From: Podarcis cretensis
Lineage: Eukaryota
Assembly: GCA_951804945.1 (NCBI GenBank)
Contig: OX638149.1
Span: forward strand, 85,932,001 to 85,996,000
Length of the DNA stretch: 64,000 nt
Reading direction: 5' to 3'
Shown in pieces: positions 39,079-53,300 of this stretch (its first letter is position 1; the number at the start of each line of letters is the position of its first letter). A program made the translations under genes and the position numbers. A model generated the notes under the pieces. It saw only the letters and a list, made by a program, of their open reading frames with translations. It had not been told where the DNA came from and made no database searches.

Positions 39079-40997
39079 TCAATGTTAAATGAACCAGAGG
39101 GGGAACGGCATGCTCCATTGCGGAGTGGGACCTGAGGCACAGTAGTAGCATCTCATCAGTGTCTGCAAGCTATAGAATAATGATGTGTTTGGCCCTACAT
39201 ATTCCTCATTCCCCGCCCCATGGCAGGCCCAAAATGTGTTGTTTTTTTCTGGCTTAAGGGTGTTTAGGTCCTAAATTGGGAGTCTGGAAAGACAATGTGC
39301 TATACAGATGGAAAGCAGCATTAGGTACTTATGTGAGAGTTACATGTAAATGTTATTGGCCTTTCTGTAGCAACATTATTACTCCGTGTAAATATTATCA
39401 AAGCGATGGAAGTTTGGGGAGTTTCTTTACGGCTGAGAGTGAAAACCTTTGTTTTCAGTGAGATTTCTCCTGTCACCCAAATACAACAATAACATGTTTC
39501 AGGTTAAGATAAGACATTTCAGAGAGATATATCTACATTGGTCTCTTGCAGCAAAAACAAATAAGAGTCCTGTGGCACTTTTGGGACTAACAAATGGCCT
39601 AAGCTTTGTGGACTAAAAATAAGATTGTGTACAGTCTTTCATTTTGTGTTGTTGTTGTTGTTTTTAAGTTGAGTAGTAGTTTAAGATGGATTAGAAAATG
39701 TTTTTCTAACTCATAATACTATAACTCAGGGACATCTGCTAAAGCTGAATATTCAAAGATTCAGGAAGGACAAAATAGAATCCGTCTTAGTTAAATCTAT
39801 GAAATTTGCTCCCATGAGATGTAGTGATGGACACCAATTTAGATGGACAAACTCATGAAGGCTAAAGCTATCAATGGCTTCTAGCTTTGATGGCTGTGTA
39901 CTGCTTTCAGTATTAGAAGCAGTATTGCTTTGAAATACCTGTTTCTGGGGAGCACCAGTGAGGAAAGTACTGCTTGTGGACTTCCCGTGGGCATATGGTT
40001 GGCTACTGTGAGAACAGGATGCTGGACTTTTGGCTCGTTCCCGTTCTTATAAGAGGCAGGGGATCAGTTACAGGATCATCTTAAAGCATCTTAAAACACA
40101 ACTAGCCATGCATCCCCATCTTGTCCATTAAAATCTCTTCATCGGTACCTCTGCAATCTCTGAACAAGTTCTGAAAACCCCTTTAGCTCTGACCTGCTTG
40201 CCAGAAAATTTCCCTTTTCAGCTACTGCTGCTTACCCTCCTCTGTGAGAACAGGATGCTGGCTTAAATGGGCATTTGGCCTGATCCAGCAGGGCTCTTCT
40301 TGTGTTCTTAAGCTGAAAGAAATCTGGGGGAAACACAGGTAATGTGACAATAATTTTCATAACATATGCACAAAAGTGCCTTCATTTTCAACTCATGTAT
40401 CCCATCTGAAGCAGATTTAGGTAAGCCTTTTAAAAAACAAAAACCTTAGGCTGCTGCGTTTTGTTTTGTTTTTTAAACCAAAGACTATTTGAGGAGAAAG
40501 GGGTTTTGTCAGTAGTTGTTCACTCCATGTTGGTAACTTCCCTATTTCAGTGTTACTCTCATCACTCATTTTATAGCCCTTGGCTCTGTTTACAGCAACC
40601 GTTAAATGCTGCCCTAACTAGAGAATTACTCATTCCCCCACAGGGTGTCCTACATCACTCCTTCCTTTATCAACAAGTGTCATTTATCTTCACAACATCT
40701 CATCTTGATTAGCTAATACGTTATAATGATGAAAATGCTCCTTTAATTTGGGGTCCCCTCCTTAAGATTCATGCCCTGATTAGTAGTAGTTCTTACACAG
40801 CATTGTCTTGTGTTCAGCACTTGGAATTCCCTTACTACACCCTAGGATCTCAAACAGTGGAGCAAATGTCTTCGGGATTTATGCAGGAAGCCTGTGAAGA
40901 GGAGGGCAAGAGTTCCCTCACTACTTACATACACAGATGCACAACCTTTAACATTCTTGTGTCCCATTCTGCAGACCCTCCTTTGTAGCTTTCTATA

Positions 40998-41218
40998 CAG
41001 TAGTACCTCAGTTTAAGAACAGTCCTGTTTAAGAAAGAGTCGGTTTACAAACTCCACAAAACCGGAAATAGTGTCTCAGTTTGCAAACTTACCTCGGTCT
41101 AAGAACGGAATCCGAATGATGGAAGGGCACTGGCAGTGGGAGGCCTCATTACGGAAACGATTTTGGTTTAAGAACGGATTTCCAGAATGGATTAAGTTTG
41201 TAAACCGAGGTACCACTG
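40998..41218. mobile_element. Tc1/mariner MITE (related family)
   Basis: TIR CAGTAGTACCTCAGTTTA / TAAACCGAGGTACCACTG, left TA. Confidence 0.85.
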
Positions 41219-44200
41219 CATGTACATTTGTGTGCCCAAGGATTCCTATGAACAAGTTGTGAGCAAATTGTTGATAACTTGCTTGGAACCTTGCACGTCT
41301 TAACATATAAAGCGTCTGTGAGCCGTGAGTTATGCATCAGTGGGGAACAAACAGTTAGTCATCACAAAACTTCGCAGTCATGTGGGTTATGCACCTAGCA
41401 AGATAATTTGACTAGTCTTTCATTTCAACTATGGCCAAGGCAAGTTCCGTTTTTGCATACAAACAAGGCAGGTGTTCTTAAAAGGTAACAGCCTCAGCTC
41501 CTGCAACAAAAAGTATTTGCTCTGAGTACAATATTGATGTGGAATGAACAAACTACATCATGGAAAAGCTAGCATGAAATTACATAACGAAAACTAGGTG
41601 TGTGCAGACACACCTCAAAACAGGAGTGGGCGGGTACGTTTTTATCTCCTGCCAGGCTTACTTCCACATTCATCTTGCAATTTAGGATGTGTTTGCTTCC
41701 TTTTCCAGTGCTGATTTAGGCTTCATGTCCTACTCTTTCTTTCTTTCTATCCTCCCCCCCCCCCCATGTTAGCAGGGCTGTCCTTTTTATGTTTTAAAGA
41801 ACAACTTGTACAGTTATGCAATTAAAAGCTCACTTGGTGCTTAAAATAAATAAATTAAAATCTGCTCTCATGAAAGGCGGTTGTTTCTTGGTGATAACAT
41901 AGATACTAGCCTATAAGCCCCAGCCACCAAACACTTCTAAAGGAAACTCCTTGGATCTTGATCTTGAAGAAAGGCTTGTGTGCCTGATCAAAATGGTGTG
42001 AGTGCCCTTCTTCCTTCTTTGGACTCCACTTGTTCTTAGGCACACCTGTTTACACCTGGCGTCATCTTAGTATATATTGACAAAGAGACAGAGGTAAATT
42101 GCACCAAATCTCTGCCATTGCCATTGAAGGTCTGAGCAGGCAAACGTATTTCAGAAGAAGGGTGCTTTTTATTAGATTTTTAAATGACATTTTGTGAGAT
42201 CATGGGATTCACAACTGTTATTGGTTTGGCCCAAAACAGTATTTCAGTTCTTTGAAAGGTGAATTTTAATCCCACTCTAGGAAGGCAGGTTCATTCCTCC
42301 AAAGAAGCCATAGCTCATCTGTAGAACACAGGGCACGTATCCCAGCTCACTGTCTGGCACAGCAAGTTCCGAGTATCAGGCCTTGGACAGGCATTGCAGT
42401 AAGGTGAGCTGCTTGAGCCAATGGCATGATGAGACTGTGGTGAAGCAGCCATGAGATTTCTTCAGAATACTGTACATGTTGCTTGCAGCTGCTCATTTTA
42501 TTATGCCATTGCAAAAACTCCCCAAAGTGGACTGAGCAACAGCACAGTAAGTGTGAAGAAAGTTGGATGGGGAACACATGCGTGACTGTTGAATCCACTA
42601 CATGGATTCATCCGACCTACACAAATGCCAAATTAATCACGGAAATTAACATATAGGCAATTTTTCAATGGGTTTCTCAGTGTGATGGGAATCTAGAATT
42701 CCCTTTTGTATCCCAGGGTTGCTTCCATACTAGAGTGCTGCCAAGGCATTGCTTTTCCATAGTTAATTGGAAGGCAGCAGAATTAAATTAGCAGTTCTAC
42801 ACAAGGATTATATTATCCAGCAGTGCCCTTCTCCATGGCCAAGATCTTGCTGTAATGTTTACTTAGAATTAAAGGTTCCCAGCAACATTAATTATAAGTG
42901 CAACCCTATGCTCAGAAGCCCCATTGAGTTTGATGGAACTTCTCAGATAAGTATTAGAGTTTTGCAATCCAGGTTTCCTGTTTGAAGGTTTTGCTTGTTC
43001 CATGACTTTCTGAGGACTGGTAATAAATGACCCTTCAGTAGCCAAGTTATGTTTCTGTATGGAGTGAGAAGCATTATTTACTTAAGCCATCATTCTTTTG
43101 CTTCCATATATGCAAAATATTATTTCAATTAAAGATTGGGAGGGGAAGTATTTTAGTAACTCTTGTTACCTTCTAAACTCCTGAAATGGAAGAAGTAAAA
43201 GGAAATTTGGTGCTAATTGCCCATCTTCAATCAACAGGAAGCCATAAAACAGGTAGAACTTTCAAACAGAAAATTTTAATGAAAAGTACAGAAGCTCATT
43301 TTTTAAAAAACTGCCACATGTCATCCTCCCCCCGGCCATCCATGAACTGACAACAGAAAATACTGAAATGCAGTGAGCTAATAAAAGATGTATGGATGCT
43401 CCATAAAAAATCTAATGAAAAGGTTAAGTGGGGAAGTAGTCTCTGATCTGTGGTGGTTTTAGAACCTTAATCTATATAGTGACCATTGCTTTTTCCTTAA
43501 CCTTGCATTCTTCTCATTGATCCTATCAACTCTTAGCATATCAAAATATCATGTATTCCTACTGTGGCTAAAGAAATAAGACAGTGCCTTTAATAATCTG
43601 TTTATTGTTACCCATGTGTTTTAACCTTTCTTGGAAATAATTATACATACCAGACAAGATGTTGAATTCCTAGAGACCACCTACTCCACTGGATACCATC
43701 TTCATTTATAATGTACAATAGAGATTGAGAACTTGTGACCCGCCCTCCAAGGTGTTGTGGGACTCACCCCCAGGCAGCATGGCCAAAAAGATGGAAGTTG
43801 TAATCTATAGGAGGGTCACAGGCTCCCCATCCCTGATATACAACGAGAATGGTAACCAACCTCCATAGAGACATTTTGGCAAAGGAGTTGCTGCAGTCAG
43901 TCCTAAGTTAATTGGGAATCGGTCAGTTGTGATGAAACCAACATAAGGATAGGACAATGGCAGTACGGCATTTGCAACCAGCCACTTATTTCAACTGGAA
44001 ACAGCCATTAAAAAAGGGACAGTTTTTCATCATGATGTGATCTGCCTACACAAACCTCTTCTTCACATTGCTGCCAGTCAGATTTTAGCTGACACTGTCT
44101 AGGATGCAATTTGGATAAGACAGTTTCAGCCACCTTAGCCTAATAACAACAGTACCAAGAATTTATAGGGTGTGTCTCAAGCACTTTACATCTCAACAGT

Positions 44201-45894
44201 TTTTACAGCCATCTGATAAAGCAGTTCAGTAGTATGATATCGCTGAGGAAAGAGACACAATGACTTGCAACTTTGGGTGGGTGCTCCCCCTAAAAAAAAG
44301 TTCAAGTTCCAGCACCTCTTTTTCTAGGGAAAAAAAGCCCTGGATTCTACCCTTCACAGCCAGCAGGAGGAATCCTGCAAACAGCAAGATGCTCCCTGCT
44401 TGTTGGCACTGCAGCACCCCCTGGCGGTCAGGAAACACACCTCTGTGTGGATTTCCCTCAGACTTCCCATCCGATTGCTGGCTCGCTCAGAGTGCAGACA
44501 ACTTGGCAATCTCTTCTGCCAAGTTCTTAAAAGTCTCTGCTAAGCATGCATAAGCTGCAATGTTTTGGAGGCTTCCAATCTGGCCAAATGTGGGCAGATT
44601 TTCCTGAGGCCGACAAAAGAAGGCTCTTGCGTAACACCAAAGTGAGACCTGTCTGTTGCCAAATTTCAAGTCCTTGCTCCAAAGCACAGAGGTGCTGGAA
44701 TTTCTCAATGAAAACATCGGAAGAACTAGGCTTGGGGTTTTTTAAAAAACAAAAACACACACACATGCATTTTGTGCCTCGGGCCCATCATTCCCATTAT
44801 GACTGCAACTTTTTCTTTTTAAAAAATCAGCCCAAGGGAAACACTGGTGACTGCACAGCTTTTGCATTGATGGTTATAATTGGGCAAAGATATGAGGAAC
44901 TGGAAATGGTCTTATAGCGGAAAGTTAAGCAACCTCAATAGACGTCATTGGCAGCTTCAGTTTGAATGAAAGCCGAGTTGGAACATCTAATGTTACAGTT
45001 TTCCAAACTTTTTTTTAATGGTTTGCCCCCTCATTTCTATGGTTACTATATACAAATTCCTCAAATCTTGGCAACATAACATCTGTATGGTGTAAATCAA
45101 GTTTGTATACTCTGTGTATCAAGTTTACCACCTAGTTAACCTGTCTGAATAACTTCCAGCAGGTTATCTCTTGCTCTCTTTCATATTGCCAGAAGGAGCA
45201 AAGGAAAGGGCAGTGTGGAGTGATAGCTAGTGAACTAGCTTTGGAATGTTCTTATCCCTACTTGGCTTTAAAGCTTTGAGCAACATGTTCTCATCACTGA
45301 CAGGATGGTTGTTAGAGAAAGCAAAGGAATAAGAAAGCATGTAATAAATCCATTAATTATAAGAAAAAGCGGAATGAAATAGCTTACCTAATTTTCACTA
45401 ACAAAGAAAAGGAACTTCTCACATCAGTCCTAATTCTTTTCTTCAAAATTCTCATTACCGCCATCCTTTCTCCCTGTGCATTTAAAAGTACGAAGGACTC
45501 ATCCACACGGGATCTTAGATATGAAGCTGCTTGTGCATCTTTTTGTGGCATCCACACAACATCCTCCTCACCCTGCTAAATTCAGATTTTCTGATCTGCA
45601 GATAATCTAATAAGAGAAGAAAATCCAGTAAGAAATTGCAAGTTGTCCAACTGTGGACACACAAAAACATGTTATGTGAGCAGGTTTTTTTACAGGTGTG
45701 CTGGCATTTTGCTGTATGTCAACCCTGTTGTTTTTTTTGCCTACTATGCAAATTTTTCAATGTGTTCAGTTCTACAATTATTAATATTTATGACTGTACA
45801 GAATAGCATTGACATTGGCTTTCCATCTCATCAATAAATGCTATTTTGCCCAGTAACCACTACTCCTGGAAAAAAATTGGATACTTATTACTTA

Positions 45895-46120
45895 CAGTGG
45901 TACCTCAGGTTAAGTACTTAATTCGTTCTGGAGGTCCATTCTTAACCTGAAACTGTTCTTAACCTGAAGCACCACTTTCGCTAATGGGGCCTCCTGCTGC
46001 TGCCGCGCAACCGGAGCCTGATTTCTGTTCTTATCCTGAAGCAAAGTTCTTAACCTGAAGCACTATTTCTGGGTTAGCAGAGTGTGTAACCTGAAGCGTA
46101 TGTAACCTGAGGTACCACTG
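45895..46120. mobile_element. Tc1/mariner (Tigger-like) MITE
   Basis: TIR CAGTGGTACCTCAGGTTA / TAACCTGAGGTACCACTG, flanked by TA on both sides. Confidence 0.9.
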
Positions 46121-46811
46121 TACATACTTTTACTCAGAAAAAGTTGCACTTTCTTCAGTGGGATTTGGTTCTGAATTAGAGTACAATCCTTAGTATTTAA
46201 ATAAGTGATCCTGCTCTTTTCCTTGCATGTATATATGCTCACCTATAAGCAGACATAATTCTACAGCACAAAAGGTATGTGAGTTGCACAGTCAAAGATT
46301 TTGACTATCTCTCTTGGCCTCTCTTTTCCCAAGTTGATCCCAAGTACTCAGGAGAAGTACGAAGTTTTCAAGTAATGGGTGCAGATTGCCCCCTACTGTC
46401 CAAGGAAAGCGGGGAAAACAACAAACTTCATACCAAAAAGCCTTCCAATTAAGAAGTAGCCAATAATGGATGCTTCCAGACTGTCACTATTTTGGGGTGG
46501 AATTCAGTCACATACCAGCAAATTCAGACTGGACTTTGCAATAAGGAAAGTGATGGTGAAATGCAATGGAAAGTGTGGAATAATGCTTGATACAACATTA
46601 TCTAACCTCCCTGCAAACAAATCAATATGAATGCTCATTAAATAGCCCCTGTCGTCAAATCTCCCCACAAACAAATCAGGATAAATAATAAACAGGTCAT
46701 CAGAAGCACCCCAATATGTTTTTAAATAAGAATAGAATGGACAATCATTTTGCTCTGAAAGCGGTATAGTAGCATATACCTTGTAGCCAATCAAATTGAC
46801 AAAAGTAATTA

Positions 46812-47052
46812 CAGTCGTACCTTGGAAGTCAAATAGCCTAGTTCTCGAACATTTTGGCTCCTGAACTATCAAAACCCAGAAGTGACTGTTCCGGTTTTTG
46901 AACCTGCTTTTGGAAGCTGAACATCCGATGGGGCTTCCACAGCTTCCAATTGGCTGAAGGAGCTTCCTGAAGCCAATCAAAAGCCGTGCTTTGGTTTTGG
47001 AAGTCGAACGGACTTCCAAAACAGATTCCATTTGACTTCCAAGATACGACTG
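46812..47052. mobile_element. Tc1/mariner MITE
   Basis: TIR CAGTCGTACCTTGGAAGTCAAAT / ATTTGACTTCCAAGATACGACTG, TA flanks. Confidence 0.88.
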
Positions 47053-50000
47053 TATTTATAGCCTGTTCTACAATTGCACTCGGAGCAGCCCTCATTAAAA
47101 AATATCATGCAAGTGCATTTTGAAACAATTAAAAATTAAAAGAAGAAAATACAAACCAACTTTAAAAACAAAACAAAACCCTAAGTTAGTTTTAAACAGT
47201 TAGGAATATTTTTATTGTGTGCAACCAATGACCATTACAATGAAACTCACAAAAAGCAAACAATCCTATCTAAGAGTAAGTTCTTAAAACATACAGTTCT
47301 CATAATCATTTAGATTAAAACAATCACCTTGGCAGTTAAGATTGTGTTGGGTCAAAAATGTAGCCCATAAGTTTCTCATTGCTAGTAAATGAAAAGCTGT
47401 AGTAGAAAACAAAATGAACTACTCAGCCAGCAACGATCTAATTTCGCAGAGAAGTTTTTAATTGGTCGATTACAAGCTACCTTTTCAGCTCCTGTCTAAA
47501 GGAGCTTAGAGAAGAGACCAAGCAGATCTCAACTGCAAGGGCATTCTGGAGCCAATCCCTTTATTTATGCCATGACTATAGAATAAGTTCAGATGGACAC
47601 ACACACCTATTCACAGTATATATACTCATCTGAAAATGTATTTGAGTGTTTGATGGGGTTATAACATTTCAATCGGACATTTGCCAAATTTACAATAAAT
47701 TGTTGATGTCTTTACAAGTCTTCAGGTCATCTCTTGAAGTGGGTCAAATCACAAATAAGGAACGCAGAGCCCTCCAGTTGTTGCTGGACTACAATTCCCA
47801 TCATCCTTGGCCACTGACCTTGGTGGCTGAAGCTGGAGTGCTACAGGTTCACAATCCTTGTTCTAAAGGATACGTTTGTTTTGTGCTGTAGTTAATAAAG
47901 ATGTATTCGTTTTCTTTTAGAGGAGGGATTGGGAACCTGAAGCCCTCCAGAAATTGTCGGACTCCCAACTCCCAACAGCCCCATTGCACAAGCTGGTCTC
48001 ACATGATGTTGGATATCTCCTATTATTCAGAACTTTAAACTATGACACTCAGGCTGTGTACACACTAACCCATTTCTAGCAAAATAATAATAATAAAAAT
48101 ATAGATTTTCTCTCTAGAATTGTTCATGATCATCCTCAACATGTTGCTTTCAATCTAGATTGATTCTAGATCCTGCCATCCAGAAGAGTCAGTGTGGTTA
48201 CCTGAAAAATCCTCCCCTTGATTATTCCCTGCACATACCCCACATAAATGAAGAAAGAAATGGTGATTGTGATCTTTGTATACCCCCCCCCAAAAAAAAG
48301 CAACATTGGACAAGTGTAGATACACCTCTGCATTTCTGGGACCACCTACATCTGTTTTCAAGTGGACACATATCTGCAGTGAGCTTTTATTTTCAAAATG
48401 AAAACAGTTTCCCAAGAAGGGCTTTTTCTGAGGCAGAAAAATATATAGACCTGGACTGTGTGTGAACTATGTAAAAAAACAACAAGGTACTCAGTTTCCA
48501 CTGATTCTAGAAGTAAAGTGTCATGTGTATGCAAACCTCAGACAACCAAGTTAAGTAAAGATCTGTGTGACAGACCTTGACTATTCCAAACAATTTATGC
48601 AGAAAGCATAGTTGACAGCTACAAAAGAAGACACAGTTACTTGAGCATGGACAGAGAAGGATAAGAAAAATAAAACCTAACATTCAACATAAATATCTTT
48701 TTAACATGTATACATAAATATTGGCACCACCTATATGATGTACCAGCTAGCCAGAACAAACAGACTGTAGCATATAAGAGAATGAAAAACAGAGACTTTT
48801 TCGACTGTAATACTTCCTTAAGTAAACAAAATGAAGGACCAAATGTTTTTTTTTTAGTACTGATCCCCCCCTCCAAAGTGTTTTCCTTTGTAAATACTGT
48901 GGATTTTGCCCACCTATGTACCATCACTGTAACTTGTCCCCCACTTCCCAAGTAAGGCTGAAAGAACAGCTTCAGGGGAAGCCATTTCTATTGTGGCACA
49001 AAGTGGCAGGGGGAGGTTAACCCCCCCCCTTCATCTAGTACCATTGCCTAAATCTAGTCCTCGCCCCAAAGAGCTGCTTGTAAAGAAAGATTAAGGAGAG
49101 GGGAAAGAGCCAATCATGGATTTCCCATGTCAAGTCTGTTTTGGCACTCACAAGAATTACTTTGGGCGCTCCCAGCAGACTTCTGATTTGTTTCGAGAAA
49201 CCAAAAATCATCAACCACAAATTTCTTTTAAAGCTCCCCTGAGTTTCGGAAAGTGTTTGCTATGCAGTATTGGGAGCAGCTGCTGGAGAAACACAAGACC
49301 AAAGCCCCCACTGGGCAACCAGAGTTATTCACAGGGTTCCCTGGACTGTGGCCAACTCAGTTTAACAGCCTGATTCATAATGCATTTATTTAAGACAAAA
49401 TACTTGGATTTCTTAATCCCATTGTGTAACTGGGACTCAGTCAGGTTAAATCCAAAGAATTCAGCTTGCCTTGATTGTGGACTACAGTTAGTATTAGGGG
49501 GCAATTAAGTTTCAGATGCTTTAGAGATATTCCTGGCCTTGATTATTCTAGACCACTAATTGTCCAGGCTGAGCAGTCGAGAGAGTTGGATTTTTGCAAC
49601 TGGTTTTTATTGAAGAGGTTTATTTTTACTAATGTATATACCCTGTAGTTGATTAAATTGGGCCTGGATGCAATGAGGTCATAGGTTTACCTTTCAGTTC
49701 TGTTTTGCAGTATCCGGGTGCCAAGTTTATCCCCAGGTGCTCACTTAAAGCAGGCAAATATTGCCCTCTCCTGTTTTTTAAAATATATATATGTCAGTTT
49801 CTGCTGCCAAGAGATTTTTGTTTCAGAAAGGAAATCTATTTGAATTTTATGGATTTTTAGGTATGGGTTCAGGGATGCTATTTTTTGTTTCTAGGGAGTG
49901 AAAAGGGGAAGGAAAGGGTCAATTTTCAGCAAAGACTGAAGGTGCTGCTTTTGAGGTTGTTTAAAGCTAAAATGTAAAATGTGTTTGTTTTTAGGGGTTT

Positions 50001-50185
50001 TTTCTTCCCATGTTTTATAGCACGTTAATTACTGTAAAAGTAACAAGAAACAGGCAACCACTGAAGCAAAGCAAATTTACATCTTTTAGCATGCAGATGC
50101 AGTACTGGACACAATACAATTCAGAATACAAAAAATAAAGTTACAGCAATTTCCCAAACAGCAGTGTCATGCAATGAAGCTAATA

Positions 50186-50405
50186 AAGTGGTACCTCGGG
50201 TTAAGAACTTAATTCGTTCTGGAGGTCCGTTCTTAACTTGAAACTGTTCTTAACCTGAGGTACCACTTTAGCTAATGGGGCCTCCCGCTGCTGCTGCGTC
50301 ACGTGATTTCTGTTCTCATCCTGAAGCAAAGTTCTTAACCCGAGGTACTATTTCTGGGTTAGCGGAGTCTGTAACCTGAAGCGTCTGTAACCTGAGGTAC
50401 CACTG
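50186..50405. mobile_element. Tc1/mariner MITE, same family as 45895-46120
   Basis: Highly similar internal sequence and TIRs; TA flanks. Confidence 0.9.
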
Positions 50406-51678
50406 TATTGAAATGTTGAATACTGCTGCTAATACCTCAGCTAAGAAAAAAAAGCTTAATGCAATCCTTTGTATGCCTTTTTAGAAGGGACTTTCTGCCA
50501 GAGAAATGTTCATAGGATTGCAACCTTAATCTCTCTCTCAGGCCCACTTGTCCTCATAAATCTTATTTGAACAAAACTCTCAGTTTCAAGTTCAGATATA
50601 TGTTAATTTCAGGTGGTCACATGGCCACATGGTAACTTTGTACATGGTGGTCCTTACACATCTTATTCACTTAAGGGTTGTATAATGAGAACTAATGTGA
50701 AGATGTGGTTATAATGTTGGACCAAGGCCTGGGAAATCAGGGTTCTAGTCTTCACCTTGGGCCAGTCACTGTACCTCAGTCTAACATACCTCACAGAGTT
50801 GGTTGTGATGATAAAATGGGTAGCGGGAAAAGCAAGTACGCCAGTTTTTGCTCCTTGGAGGAAAGGTGGGATATAAATGTAGTAAATAACAGAACTAAGC
50901 AGAGCGCTTCAGGACAGAAAGGAAATGAAATGTTGGGATGGGGGGGGGGGTAGGGGGCCTCCATGTTCTCCCTGCAGTTTGCCCAGGGCAAAGTGGTGTG
51001 TGAGCTCATGCAAAACTCAATGTAAGATCTTACCCCTAATTTAGAGCCACCTAGTGCTTTGTCTTTATGAAACTAGGGATAATGTCAATAAATAAGCAAC
51101 TGTATGAGGAAGTCTGGGTGCCTCCAGACTGTATTTTATAGGCAGGCTGCAAGTGCATGCCACAATATCAAGCTTATGTGTTTAAATAGGATTTAAGCAC
51201 TTGCTTGCCCTAACACAATCAATGCACCTTTTAAAAAAATCAAGTTCTTGATGTTTAGAAAACGATAGGGAAATGCAGAGTGTGAGATGAACAAATTACA
51301 GGAAGACGTCTAAACGCCCCACAAGCAAATGAGTATATGAATGTGGATTGTCATGTAGTAGCCCCACAAACAAATCAGAATGGATGTTCAACTAAGACTG
51401 GATATAATAGAACCCCCACATTAGCTTTGTGTAAAACAAATCAGGATGAATGCTCAGTCATCTCCAGGGGTCGTTTTGTTATTTATTCCAGATTTCTTCA
51501 GCAGCATTGTTAGAGATGAAATAGTTCTACCTATGCTACCCTTTCTATGTGACATTTCATCGAAGTGTACTAGCATACAAATAGCTGGGACCCAAATACC
51601 TAAAGAAAGATGTGCATCCTTTCTGATGCTGGAGGCCCAGACCATGCAAAACATTATAGGTCAGAATCAGCCCCTGGA

Positions 51679-52141
51679 TTCATGCATGCGACAACGGCCG
51701 TGAGAGTTCTGATAGCACAAGGATGGAAGACTGAATAAACCCCAGCTAAAGAATCATGGCAAGAAAAATTGATGGACTATGTGGAACTGGCAAAATTGGC
51801 ATATAAGCTATGGGACAAGGATAACTGTGACTTTAAAGATGAATGGGAACCCTTTACAAAGTATTTGAAGACGCAACAAAGCGAACTGGACTCCTTGGCT
51901 GGCTTTGAATAAACATTCACAAACTTTTATATTGATGACAATCAGCTAAATAGTTTGAGGATCTATACAACTGTGTAACGTGCAGAAAACAGCATTCTTA
52001 GAGAAATCAAAGACGAACTAAGGGAAGCCGGTGGGTGGGTTTTGTGTGGGAGGGTGGGAGGAAAAATGGGGGAAAAATAAGGATGATATGTTTCTGGATA
52101 TGTTTTAATTTTGAATAAAAAAGTTTTTTTTAAAAAAAAAA
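51679..52141 (+). mobile_element. 5'-truncated L1 LINE (ORF2 C-terminus, 3'UTR, polyA)
   Basis: Translates FMHATTAVRVLIAQGWK..WQEKLMDYVELAKL..EWEPF..LAGFE* with one internal stop. AATAAA plus A-tail; TSD aatcagcc(c/t)ctgga at 51665-51678 and 52142-52155. Confidence 0.85.
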
Positions 52142-52199
52142 AATCAGCCTCTGGAACTGGGCTTGGAAGCCCAAGTGCAAACAGCAGGCGAGAGTCGAG

Positions 52200-53300
52200 G
52201 GCGCAATAGTTCCCGAAGAGTCCGCACTGTCAAGCACAGCCTATGAATGCTCGGCTGTCTTAAAGGCCCTCCCGGTCCAACGTGGCAGGAAAACACAACC
52301 ACTAAGGGCAAGAACAACTGCTAGCTCTGGGAGCTTAGCGGTGTGGCCTCTTCTCTCCTGGCAAACCAGGTCCCTGACGTCCGTTTGCCGCGTTAAGAAC
52401 GTAAGCTCGACGGGTGACAAAAGAGCGAGAAGGACAACTCGGTGCAGCGCGGCAGGAAGGCGACAGAAACGCATTTGGACTGCAAGGAAAGATCCGTATG
52501 TAAGCCGCCTCCTCACACCAAGCGCCCCCACCCGGCTGCATTAACTGGTGCAGGAGCGCATCGTTGCTCCGGCATCGCCATAACATAGCGCGTGCGCAGT
52601 TGCGCTCGTCTCTATTCCTCCCGCCTTCCTAGAAGAAGGCGGTGTGAGAGGCTGAAGCGGGGGCGGGGCTTCCAGAGGATCCTACGCGAGAGCCCAGCCC
52701 CAACTTCGCCGACTGGGAGGAGCGTGAGCTTGCTTCCTCCACTCTTGTTGGATCACGTGAACGGAAGTAGGGATCGATCCTTTGCCCCGACACGCCCGTG
52801 CTTGCGTTCTGCTCTCCTGGAAGATGACAGCTACGCTGTCCAATGAGAAGGCAGAGTGGGGCGCGCGGAGGTGGGCGGCCTGAGAGCGCGAGTTCGGAAC
52901 TTTGGTTTGGCTTTGGTGGGGAGGTAAGAGGAGCCTCCTGCGGGGCGGGGGGGCGGCTGTAGCTCCTTAAAGCAACCGACCGCGTATCTAAGGGCGCTTG
53001 AGGCCGCCGTAGGGGGTTGGGAATTAACCGTTAAAGACGTGCTTCTGTCGGTATGCCAAGGCGTTCTTGGGAACTCCGATGAGGCATTTCCTTCCTCCAA
53101 CTTTGGGTTGCCAACGTCGGCCCTTCTGGAATGCGCCTGTGCCTCTGGAACGCGCAGTGTGGCAAGGTCACCAGCTGCAGCTTCTGTCCTGAGGCGCTCT
53201 TATTTTGTCCAGGGACAAGAACCCTTCCCCTCTTGCACGCGCTCTTCAAACTGTTACCCTCTTTCTGGACGCCCGCACCCCCAGGGCCAAATCAGTCTGC
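52200..53300 (+). promoter_or_regulatory. RAD9A: CpG-island promoter of RAD9A
   Basis: Sharp rise in GC and CpG density. NRF1-like GCGCGTGCGCA ~52588-52598, E-box CACGTG 52754-52759, ETS CGGAAGT 52762-52768, CCAAT ~52840, GC boxes. Confidence 0.85.
52860..52923 (+). other. RAD9A: RAD9A putative non-coding exon 1 (TSS approximate)
   Basis: Strong donor GAG|GTAAGA after 52923 inside the CpG island. The next strong acceptor (tctctttctcctcgcccctcag|, exon start 54719) opens the ATG-containing exon. Confidence 0.6.

Noticed and set aside
46504-47095. 175-aa minus-strand ORF
   Set aside because: Runs through a non-autonomous MITE and the dispersed repeat motif; no transposase features.
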